A DNA stretch of 63,917 nucleotides, filler included, from Peribolospora baueri (lineage: Eukaryota): NCBI GenBank assembly GCA_029717555.1. It is 6 parts of 6 records of this genome, joined end to end, with 100 filler letters (N's around TTAATTAATTAA, not from the genome) between each part and the next. Parts side by side here need not be neighbours in the genome. Positions count along the whole stretch, not along the records: positions 35,339 to 45,074 come from JAMDHS010000179.1; positions 45,175 to 54,532 come from JAMDHS010000180.1; 4 more parts are not named here. The stretch is one strand, 5' to 3'. The translations under genes and the position numbers were made by a program. This document shows, piece by piece, positions 38,710-49,611 of the stretch. The notes under the pieces were generated by a model, which had not been told where the DNA came from, did not search any database, and worked only from the letters and a program-made list of their open reading frames with translations. The stretch's first letter is position 1, and the number at the start of each line of letters is the position of its first letter.

Positions 38710-39468
38710 ATCCAGTCAACCAGGAGTAGTCACGCGTTGAGTTATCCTCTCAGTCCGCCCCGAGGGACGAACGACGAGGACGCCACCGATTGCACTCAAG
38801 CTTCGTCGCAGTGAAAACGACTAGCAGCCCTTTCCCTCGTCCCGGGCAGGATTATGAATCTACCACCCAAGAACGCAAGACGCTCGGGCAACCCGGTTCC
38901 AATCTCCCGGTCGCGTTCCGCTCCACCCTCCTTGGCCCTTTTCCGAAGCATGGGGAGGGGCAGAGCTGTACTTCCCTCGGTTTCCCGAGTGGAAAACCTT
39001 GGACGAACCTCGCGCACAGCGCCGAAGACGACGAGCGTCGATCGGGCTGGGTCCGGTCTTGGGCTCGCGCATAAAGGCATGGAAAGTAGTCATAAGCGGC
39101 CGGGAGAGTCCATTGCTGGTACGGGTCATCAGCCAGGCGTCCCACCCGAGAGTGGGAGTGCGCCGGCAAGCCCAGCTCCATTGAGAGCATCGCCCGTCTA
39201 GAGCAGCTGTGAGCGTCCCCCCGAATCGCCCTTTCCTCGCCGGCACGCCGCCCGCGTCTCCGCTCACAAAGCGCCGGACTAGTGACAACAAACGCTTGCG
39301 AGCATCGTCGAGGCAGGTGGGTACCGACGATCGGGGCGCACGAGTGAGGGAACAAGAAGGTAGGGCGTCCGCGGACCTTCCCCCCCGCTAGAGGGATGTA
39401 GTCGAGCGTCATCGAAACGACGTCGGCTCGTGAGGTGGCGGGGAGCGGCGGCCTCTGGCTGACGGGAT
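38710..39468 (-). ncRNA. RPR1: Nuclear RNase P RNA (RPR1/H1-like), expanded, ~759 nt
   Basis: P1 ATCCCGTCAGCCAG (39468-39455) pairs with CTGGTTGACTGGAT (38723-38710). P2 GCCGCCG pairs with CGGTGGC. P3 CTCCCCGC/GCGGGGGG with internal loop. CR-I GGAAGGTCCGCGG (39381-39369), CR-III TGGAA (38901-38897), CR-IV GAGTGCAAT (38797-38789), P19 TCCTC/GAGGA, CR-V AACTCAACGCGTGACTAC (38743-38726). Confidence 0.9.
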
Positions 39469-41036
39469 GGAGAGCAGGTGAAAGAAAAGATGGCGCACGA
39501 GACGCGCGTTTTATCCCCAAGCGCGAGTAAAACTGCTGCGGCATGCGAGAGTCTCGTAGCTGCGGCGACTGGGGCTGTTGAGTTTAACGGCGCACCACGG
39601 CGGCGAAGCTGTGCTTTCTCTTCTTCTTCTCCACATCCTTCCTTTTCAAAAACAGCGTGATGACAAGCCGGTGGTGTCAATCGACCCCGACGCTCTCCGT
39701 CCCCCCTTTTGGGCGTTCGGACGACGCGAAGGGCATGAAGCGGACGCTCCGCCACACCCACTCTACCTTGTATGACACCAAAGGGGCGTCTAGGTATACG
39801 GCTCTGATCCTCCTCCCCTTCTCCTATGTGTGAGTATGTGTTTGTGTTGCCCTGTGTCTCTTGCTTGCTTGCTTTCTTTTTCTTTTTCTTCTTTTTTTCT
39901 TTCTTTTTTTTCCCGTGTCTCCTGTCCCGTCTCGTATTATTGTTGGTTCGCGAGACCGGTATCGCCGCTCCGGGCCGGCGCGATTTTTGTTAGCGTGAAC
40001 CAGTGAAAAAGGATGATAAAGGGTCCGTCGGTTGCGTAGGATATACAGCTAAGCGCCGACATAAATTTGGCGGCCGCTAGGACATGTGGCTTTCAAGTGG
40101 CCCTTGCGCCTTATCCGCCTCGAACAGTAGCATTCTGTTCAAGGTAGCTGTTCTGTAAGTGAATACTAGTTTTCAAACCTCGACCTCCCGCTTTCCATCC
40201 CCTGCGTTCGGTAAGCGGAGGTTTCCCCGCTTGGCCTCGTCGAGTGTCGCCCGGGCTGAATGAAAGAGCAAGCGACACGGACGACACTCGGGGTAGTTGT
40301 TCAGAAAAAAACAACTCCACTCCCTCTCTCTCTGCTACGCCCTCATTCGTACTACCATCCTACAGCTCTCTCGTCTTCTCTCTGCTTTCTCTTTTGCCCC
40401 TTCCTTCGTGACCGAGGCTCATTGTTTGCATAGAGCAGGCGAACGATTGGGCCTGGAAAGATGAGCCAACCATTGCAGTTCCTCGGTCGCTCGCCCAACG
40501 CGCTCTATGGCCCCCACTGTGAGTGAAGGCCAGCTCGACAATGGTGGGGCGTAGCCATTTGCCACGAGTCCACAGCGACAACCACGTACCCGACGAAGGT
40601 CAGGAGAAAGAGGGCTCATGTCGAGCGTGCCTGGTTCTCTTGCTCTGTTGCTTTGAACGGAACAGGTCCCGCAGATGTCCAATGGACCGGCGGCACTCCT
40701 CCCTATTCGCTCAACGTCGATGCCTTCTACTTGAATGGTGGGTGGCTATCTTCGCTTCTGAAACGCGTCCAAGTCTGGCCCTCGCTTAGCTCAGCCCGCC
40801 TACCGACCTGACAGGGACGCTTCTCGCCGAATATCATGCGGTCATCAACACCACCGAAACATCTTTCACCTTCATCTCGCCTTGGGCTCCTCTTCCAAAT
40901 GTGTCCAGCGGCGCGTATTTTACTCTTTATGACGCTAGAGGGTGAGAACATGCAGAAATATCGGTCCATCCGCCTCAGGCGGAAACGCTCAACTCGTTGC
41001 TAAGTCGTCTCGACTCTTTCCCCCTGACTCTGCCGC

Positions 41037-42563
41037 TTGACCGTTCCCCGACCGTCGGCCAGAACAACCCTTCAGCAAAACTATCCAACCTTTCTTCCCA
41101 CCAATGCCTACGATCTGGCGGCCCGCCGGCCCATTTTATCCAACTTGATGCCCATCGCGGCCGCGCCGCCAAACGTGAACTGCTCTTTGCCCAGCATGGG
41201 CAACGGCATCATTACCGTCACGTCCCCGACCACTGACAACCAGACACGCCTGTACCAGGGATGCCCGTACCGGTTTTCATGGGAGGGGGGGCAGCCTCCT
41301 TACGAGGTGATCGCCGAGGGCATGCAATTGCCAATTACAGCCCAGGAATACAGCACGTCCGTGACCTGGAACGTGAGTTGCGTCTTCGTGCGCGGCTCCT
41401 TTCGCGTTCCGTGCGGGCAACGAGACCGAGGGTTTGACCTGGTCGTCCAATGGCGCAGCGTCTGGCTTACAAACCCATCCTTCCCTCCGTCTCGCGTTTT
41501 GTCCAGGTTTCGTTGCCGCCAAAAGTTCGTACGACGAACTTTACACTGGTCGACGTTCGAGGATTGAATACTGTCTTAGTACAAGGCGGTAAGCTTCGAA
41601 TCGCTCCTCGACCGAGAGTACGGGCGGGCAGATAACTTACCTACTACTCCCTTCTCCTTCACTGAACTCCAGGGACTTACCCAATCCGCATCCCCAGCTA
41701 TGGAAACAGTATATTCGTATTGCCGTATCCGGGCGACGGCAAGTGCCCCCCTCTGTGAGCAGCCCCGTCTCGCGCGGTATCGTTTGCACGCGAGTGGTAG
41801 TCCTGACTCGCTCCTTCCCATTTTTAACAGCGGCAACGCCACTGTATCCATCCCTCCTCCTACCAGCAGTGCTAGCAGTGCCAGCGGGCCAGAAGTAGGA
41901 GGCATCGTCGGAGGGGTTGTGGGAGGGGTTGCCGCCGTCGCCGCCCTCCTCCTCGCATTCTTCTTGTGGCGCCGTCGTCGTCGGAGTCACGAATGCGTCG
42001 TCCTAGAGCCACCAGATGCGTATGACGTCTATGACCAGCCGCACATGGAGGAGGGAGGCGCTCGTCCGCCCATACACGAGTCCTCCGAGCCTCTCTCGGC
42101 CGCTTTCGCTTCTGTGCCGTCCGGACATGCGACACCTGTCTCAGCTGCCCTCTACTCTCCGCAGCCCGGACAGGCGACGTACGACCGTACGGCCTCCCTC
42201 CACTCTCTGCAACCCGGACATGCAGCACCCCTTTCGACCGCCGTCTCCTCTCCACCGCCTGGACAGGCGACACACGACATTGCGGTCGCTGGATCCTCGA
42301 TGCTCGGCGACCTTAGCCCCATGCGGGTCTCGTCTGGCCCGTTGCCCTCGGCTGAACAGACGAGCCGTCCGAGCTCTGTCAACCATTTCTACGTGGTCGG
42401 CGGGCCGAGCGTTGGCCAGAGTTCGTACGCAGAGTCGTCGTCTGCATCGCAGCATCCGACGCCGCAGGGGCAGCCTTCATCGGGCGCGAGCATGCCTGAA
42501 AAGTCCAGAGAGGAAGGAGAGGAGGACGTTATAGAAGAGGCACCGCCAGCATACTCGCTGTGA
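41037..42563 (+). CDS. Single-pass membrane protein (Mid2-like architecture); start uncertain
   Basis: Extracellular Cys-containing segment (QGCPYRFSWEGGQPPY), Ser/Thr stalk, TM helix VGGIVGGVVGGVAAVAALLLAFFLW, RRRRR stop-transfer, terminal PPAYS motif. Confidence 0.7.
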
Positions 42564-43196
42564 TGGATGGATGGATGGGTTTATGTGTTGAAGTCCATAC
42601 AGAGGCCACATATACGTTATGAACACCGGCATTTCTCTACCGCAGGCGTTGAATGGCCGGCCCCTCCCCTCGTTTTCTTTTTTTCCCTTCTCTACTGCTA
42701 ATGTTAAGAGTGTATATCATCCAACCAATCTGTGAAAGAATAAAAACACCTCAGCCGTTCCTGTCCCTTGTCGCACAGCTGTTGCTTACGCGTTCGTCCG
42801 TCCTCTTCGTCTGGTCGAGAGATGCTGTTGCGTTCGGTAACGTGAAGGACGGGCGGGACGACCATGGTCACGCACGGGAGACGAGCGAGCGAAGGTGGCG
42901 TGCCGGCGCCATCCTGTCTTAACTTGGCTACTCGCAGAATTGGAACAGAAACATTTTTCCTGTTGCCAGGTCTGAATCAGTTCCCGTTTCTCCTCGTCTT
43001 CGTGCTCGTCCTCGTCCTCGTCTTCGTCTCGTGTCGCGCGGAACTGCGGCGACCGGCGGGTTCGATCAAGAAGACGGAAGGAACGAAACGGCGTTGTCGT
43101 CGTCGGTCCACGTTTGCTTCTCTCGCTTTTCGCACCTCCCTCCCTCTTTCTCTTTCTCGTCGCCCGTGTCGCCCGTCTTGGCAGAGAGAGAACGGC

Positions 43197-45029
43197 ATGC
43201 TTCGATCATCGTCTTTAAGCCGGATGGCGTGCTGCGCAAGATGCTTGGAGGCGCTTTCGCTTTCCCCCACCCGCCGCTCGACGGCCGTCGCCGTCGCCTC
43301 TGCGCCCCGGGCGTTTTATACGAGTCGTTTCGTCCACGCCGCCAGCCAAGGTCAAGGTCAAGGGCAAGGTCAAAGGCTGAGCCCGAGGCAGTGGCAGCGA
43401 GAGGGGCCAGGAGTAGGAATAGGGCAAGGACAAGAACAAGGACAAGGACAAGGACAAGGACAAGGACAAGGACGAGGACAAGGACAAAGACAAGGACAGA
43501 GTGTAGGGAGAGATACGGGAAAGGCAGCGAGACAGAGCTCGCCCCCGGATGTCAGACCTTGTGAGTGCGAGGAGTGGTCGAAGAAGGACAGGGATACGGG
43601 TGACGCTAACACCGTTACCGCCCGCATCTCAGCCCCTTCACACGCCGTACGGGCTTCTTGGCCCCTCCGCCCTCCCGTGGTGACGATCATGGGCCACGTG
43701 GACCACGGAAAGACGACGCTCTTGGACACGCTTCGCTCGACGTCGGTCGCCAAAGGCGAGGCCGGTGGGATCACGCAGCACATTGGCGCCTTTTCGGTAC
43801 CGGTGGGAAGAGGAGGCGGGGGAGCGGCGTCGGCGTCGGCGTCGGGGATCGACAAGATCACTTTCCTCGACACGCCCGGACACGCGGCATTCACTGCCAT
43901 GCGCTCCCGCGGCGCCAGGGTGACGGACGTGGTGGTGCTCGTCGTAGCCGCCGACGACGGCGTCATGCCGCAGACGCAGGAGGTCATCGACCTTGTCAAG
44001 GCCTCTTCCGCCTCCTCCTCCTCCTCCTCGTCGGACGGCAAAGTGCAGATGGTGGTAGCGCTGAACAAGATGGACAAGCCGGGCGTGGACGCGGCCAAGA
44101 TCAAGTTGGCCTTGCTCAGCGCGGGCGTCGAGTTGGAAGAGTTTGGCGGGTCGGTGCCGTGCGTCGAGGTGTCTGGCCTGACGGGCCACGGTCTCTCTGA
44201 GCTTGAGGAGACGATCGCTGCGGTGGCAGAGATGGCGGAGCTGAGGGCGGAGAGAGAGGGCGCGCCGGCGGAGGGGTATGTGCTGGAGAGCAGGGTGGAC
44301 AGGGCGAAGGGGTGAGTGCGATGATGACTGTGCGTCGAGCTCGTCTTCTTCCCGCTCATTTGTTCTTCCTTTTTAGTATCGTCGCCACGGTGCTCGTCTT
44401 GCGCGGCGCTCTCAAGCCAGGCGCATCGATCGTCGCGGGCACGGCATGGGGCCGGGTCCGTCAGATGGTATCGTCGTCGAAGGAAACGGTAAAAGTGGCG
44501 TACCCGGGTGACGCGGTGGTGGTGACCGGTTGGAAGGAGCTTCCGGGCGCGGGGGACGAGTTTGTGGAGGCGACGAAAGGGCAAGATGAGGCGAAGAGGA
44601 TGGCGGAGAGTCGGAAGGTGGAGGAAGGGGCGATGGCCGCGGCGGCGGCGGCGGCGGCGGCGGTGGTGGAGGGGGAGGGGGAAGAGGTGGGAGGCAAAAA
44701 GGCGTACCAGCGTGGGCCGCGGGGTAAGAAGATGAGCAAGTTTGAGAGGAAAGCGGCGGTGGTGCGAGCGAAGGAGGCCGAAGCGGAAGCGGCGGCAGCA
44801 GCAGCAGAGGAGGCAGCAGCAGCGGGGAAGGAGGCGGCGGCGACGGAGGAGGCAGAGCCCGAGTTCAAGGAGCTCCGTCTAATCATCAAGGCCGACTTTA
44901 GCGGCACGGCGGAGGCGGTGGAAGGTGCGCTGGTAGGGATCGGTAATAAGGAGGCGGGGGTGAGGATTGTGCAGACGGGGGTGGGAGAGGTGACGGAGGG
45001 CGATGTGGCGATGGCTCAGACGACGCAGA
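43197..45029 (+). CDS. IFM1: Mitochondrial translation initiation factor IF-2; 3'-truncated
   Basis: Arg/Ser-rich targeting peptide. G-domain [44 protein letters not shown]. Domain [13 protein letters not shown]. Contains a (GQ)n tract encoded by GGACAA repeats. Confidence 0.93.
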
Positions 45030-45035
45030 GTGGGT

Positions 45036-45074
<39 letters not shown>

Positions 45075-45174
45075 NNNNNNNNNNNNNNNNNNNNNNNNNN
45101 NNNNNNNNNNNNNNNNNNTTAATTAATTAANNNNNNNNNNNNNNNNNNNNNNNNNNNNNNNNNNNNNNNNNNNN
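45075..45174. other. Artificial contig spacer
   Basis: N44-TTAATTAATTAA-N44. Confidence 0.99.
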
Positions 45175-45265
<91 letters not shown>

Positions 45266-45452
45266 AAAGAGAAGAGAAGAGAAGAACGACGAGATGGGAA
45301 AGGAAAGGAAAGGCGAAGGGAAAGGAGGGAAAAGAAAGAAGGAAAGGAAAGAAGAGAGGTGGGAAAAAATAAAAATAAAAATAAATAATAAATAAATAAA
45401 CCAATGAGATCCATTCTCGCACCAATAGCCCACACCACGACTCCTCCCTCAC

Positions 45453-46034
45453 CTGAATCGGCCTATCTCCCAAATTCGCAACCCTAATGTTCACCCTCTC
45501 CCTTCCGACGTTAATCTCCACCGGCGCGGCTCGTTCGGCGATGATGACTGCTCCTGGCTGTCTTTCCTCCTCTCCCTCTCCCTCCTCTTCGTCGGCGGCG
45601 TCGGCGTCGACGGGGAAGACACCAGCCGCCGGAACAGGTAAAAAGCTCCCCCAAAGCGCAACCGCCAAATCCGGCGCCTTTGACGACACCGGCTCATGTA
45701 CGGAAACAAGAAACGTCCCGTCCTTGAACGTGCCCTCCACTTGTACTTCGCGGAGGCGGGAGGGTACGTCTGGTAGGACGTGGGCTGTTCCGAGGATGCG
45801 CTTTCCGAGGGATTGGAGGGAGGCGACTGTGTGAGGCCATGGGTGGTCATGAAGTGGGAAAGAGGGAGGGGGGGAAGGGGAAGAAGAGTCTCGTATGAGT
45901 TCCTGGAGCTGCGACGCGATTAGCGCCGTCGCCTCGGCGTAGTTTAGGCGGAGGCCGCGTGCGAGGCGGCGTTGGGCGAGGGCGCCGGCTTGGTGAAGGA
46001 GGAGCTTGTCGCGCTCTTTTGGTAGCAGATGCAT
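45453..46034 (-). CDS. URE1: Urease first exon (fused gamma and start of beta domain); rest lost at the contig end
   Basis: MHLLPKERDKLLL...AQRRLARGLRLNYAEATALIA, VQVEGTFKDGTFLVSVHEP, INVGRE, VANLGDRPIQ|gt. Confidence 0.95.
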
Positions 46035-47172
46035 GGCGACGAAGATGGCGGTGAGATGGGACGAGGGAGACGAACGAGACTGCCACCACCACGACTGTCC
46101 AGGTCTCTTATCTCTTCTCCCCTTTATCGCCCCGCTCGCTACTGCGGCACCGCTCGTGATCGACGCGTCAATAAGGCACGACGTGAACTGATGAATGGGG
46201 GGATACGGACTCATGGCTGCAGGACGACGAGAGATAGACGTAGACACACACGGCAGGGACGGGGCGGAGATGACGGTACGGTACGCGGCGCGGGGCGGAA
46301 GAGAACGGTATGGTGTGGTGGATGTATGCTGACGTGAATGCGACTCATGTCCGGTCGTCGAGAGCGGAGGGGGAGAGGCCGGCGAGCGGCGAATAAATGA
46401 AGGGAGAAGATAAGGTGGAGGGGAGGGAAGGAGAACGAACGGGAGAGGATCGGGGCTGAGAGCACAACATAGCGCTAGACGGACGGGGTTGCTGCGAAAG
46501 GGGAGAGAGAGAGAGGGGAACAGAGAGAGGGAAAGAGAGGGAGGAAGGGAGAGACAGAGAGAGAGACGGAGAGACAGAGACAAAGACACAGAGACAGAGT
46601 GAAAAAAGAAAGGAAAGAAAAGAATGGGCTGGGATGGTAGGGTGGGCGGGGAGGAACAAACGACAAACTTGGGCGGTAGCTGTACACATTAGCAGTCCGA
46701 GGGACGGACGGAGGACGGGGGGAACGGGCGGCGCGAGGCGAGAACATGAACGTGGACGAATCGACACAAACGATCGGACGCTATGTCGAGGCGAGAAAAA
46801 TAAGAAGAAAAGAGCGGCAGGTCGGATGCGTCGAACACACGCGCACGTCCCCGCGCTTGCTGCTGCTGGTGCTCCTGCTGACTTTGATGATGATGGTGAT
46901 GACTAGCTGACTGACTGACGGACTGGCTGACTTGTGCTGAGCGCTACCAGTCGCTCCGATCGTACACTTCCTTCCGAGGAGAAGACCATGCGTTCCGAAG
47001 GACGTCGAGACGAACGGCGAGGGTGGGGAGGGGGGGGGGGGGGTTAATGTAGTCGAGATGCGAACGAACAGACACGGCGTGACTTGCGACGGTTGCAGGT
47101 CGGAGACGATGCGCGACGGTGGACGGAGGAAGGGAAGAAGGACAAAAGCGACGAAAGGGAGGGAGGATCGCA

Positions 47173-49611
47173 TCACATCCGACTGCTCACGCCCTCGCTC
47201 CGGCCGCCGGCCAAATCGAGTGTCCACCTCATGTCGCCGCGCCGTGCGCTCGCACGCTCGTCGTCGTCCCTCTCCTCACTACCGCCCATGCCCATGCCCA
47301 TGCCCATGCCGCCCATGGCGAGGCCCATGGGGATCATGCCCATGCCGACCCCAAACCCCATTCCCATGCCGAAGCCCATGGAGCCCATGCCCATGTTGCC
47401 GCCGCCCATGCCCATGGTGCCGCCAGGATTCCGACTGAGCCGTTTGCCGAGGAAATTGTGGCCCGCGTACTCGGCATACGCGATCCCCTCGGCCACACCT
47501 CTACGTCGATCCAACTCGCGAACCTTCTCCTCGAGCGCGAACAGGTGCGGGTCGGCGGCATGTGGGGAGAGTGTGCGTAAAGCGGAGGTGAGGGAGTAGA
47601 GGTAATGCTGGAGGAAGGCCGGCGGAAAGACGCACGAGGTGAGTGAGGACATGCAGACGAGCAGCAGAACGACGTGTTCGAGCATGATGCGATCGCACCT
47701 TGTTCTCCCCGCTCAGACCTTTGGCATGCCATATCCTGTCCGCAAGCTCGTTCAGCGGCATGGCACCGACGTATTCCGGGTTGATCCGCGTGCCCACGTA
47801 GACCTCGACCTGAAGGGCCAATGGGGAGAGAAGGTCGAGGATGAGCGAAGGACAAGAGGGACAGGTCGAGGCGACGGAGAAAATCGGCGTAGAGACCAAC
47901 ATTCTTCATGACGATTTGCTCCTTGCCATCGACAATGTTCCAAATGTCTACCTTTTGCACGGTGTATCCGTTCTGTTGGGCGGGGAAAGGGGCGCGGGCG
48001 GGGAGATCGGTCAGCTCAAAGGGTTCCAAGACACCTGACCCTGGGTCACGACACGAGCTAGGCCTGGCTGACACAGCCGTCGTCCTCCCCCCTCTTCCAC
48101 CTCCGGTACCTCCTTAGGCGCCTCTCCCAACCAACCCGTCGGCTTTCCCTCCTCCCTCCTTCCCCCCAAGGGCCACGAGCGACGTTTTGGCCCCGCTGCC
48201 ACGACGCGAAGCAGGCGCGAGAGGAGCACGAGCGCATGCATGGACGCGTGTGGTGGCGGAAGCGGATGTTCGGTTCGTCGCCATGGGCAGGCCGGGTCGG
48301 TCGAAGCGTGGGTGGGGGGAGGGGAGGACGCCTAGGGAATAGGGGCCGCCGGCAGCCCTCGCGGGGAGTACGGTACGCACCCTTGCCTTTCCGCCTTCCT
48401 CCTCCGCTACCCAATACCGGACCGCGTGCTTATTTCCATCCTCGATGGCTTTGGCCTTGCCGGCCGCGGCGGACGAGCCGGCGAAATGACCATCGGCAGC
48501 GGCGACGAGGCCACCGGCCTCGAGCCTGAGGTCAGACGCCTCTAATGTTCTCCCGTCCGCTTCAGCTTCGGCAGCGGCGGCAGCAGCAGCAGCAGCAGCG
48601 GCGGCGGCGGCGGCGGCGGACTCGGCCTTGAGCGCCTGGGCGAGGGGATCAGAGCTGCTCGTGACGGGCGAGTTAGCGAGAAGGGCGGCGGCGGGGTTGG
48701 AGGAGGCCAGGAGGGCAGCGCTCTTGGATGGCTTGGGAACGACGTGGCCGAGGAGGGCGGCGGCGGCGCCACCGGGGGTGACACCGAGGGGGGCGAGGGG
48801 GTTGCCCTTACTGCTGCTCGGGGCGTTGCTGGCGAGGCCGGGACTGGAGAAGGCGACGCCACCGCCACGGGGGGAGGACGCCCACTCGCGACCGGGATCA
48901 TCGGAGGATCCGGAATCGAGCCTCACCTTTTCTCTATGATCCAGGTAGGCGCGTACTTCGTCAGCGTGTTCGGGGTCGATGGTGTACACGACGCCCCAGA
49001 CGTTGGACGAAGGGGGGGTGTCGTCCTAGCGGGGGCGAAGAGGGCGAGGATGGGGTCAAGACCAAGGGGGGCAACGGAAGAAGGAGGACGTTGGTGGACT
49101 CACGCCTTCCTCATAGTGAACCCACTCGTCCTTGGGAATGAGAGTGACGACGCGACCGGGGAACTTGTCGGTGCCTCGGTGATCTGTGCTCTGTTGGGCG
49201 AAGCGGCGAATGAAAGGGCGAATGAAACCGGGGGCTGAAGAGGAGGGGTTGGGTAAGCGAGAGGGGACGAGGGAGGGGCGTGAGGAGAGAGGGAAAGACA
49301 CACTCTTCTTGATGGTATGCGGGGGAGGCTTGAAGATGAGGGCTGAGAGGGGCGAGGGAGGAGAGGAAAAGGAAGCGAAGTCGACGGAGGACGATGAGCG
49401 ATGTACGCAGTAGTGATGGACCAAGGAAGAGAAAGAGGGATGGCTCACATCCGTATCCAAAGACGTGGTACTCGGTCGGCTCGGCGGGTGGAGCGAGTGC
49501 TTGGTGGTCCGCCGGTGCGGGCATGTCTGTGTCGGTGGCGTCTACGACGACGTCGGGGATGTCGATGTCGGCGGCGGCGGCGGCGGCGGTGGAGGACGAG
49601 GGTGTGGCCAT
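47173..49611 (-). CDS. ChaC family glutathione-specific gamma-glutamylcyclotransferase
   Basis: Spliced VFGYG|SLIFKP, RRFAQQSTDHRGT..FPGRVVTL, VWGVVY, YLDHREK|NGY, GLSGENK|HYL. The 3' end is taken from the ORF stop. Confidence 0.92.

Noticed and set aside
38789..38797. ATTGCACTC resembling the U1 snRNA U1A-binding loop
   Set aside because: No U1 5' end or stem-loop context. It is the reverse complement of RNase P CR-IV.
38790..39544. Several overlapping ORFs of 60-230 aa
   Set aside because: No protein motifs; the region is explained by the RNase P RNA structure.
41635..41642. ACTTACCT resembling the U1 snRNA 5' end
   Set aside because: No downstream U1 stem-loops or Sm site; it lies inside the membrane-protein gene.
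45453..49611. Urease and ChaC as a nitrogen-catabolism cluster
   Set aside because: Only two adjacent genes, no shared pathway step, and no convincing shared regulatory motif seen.
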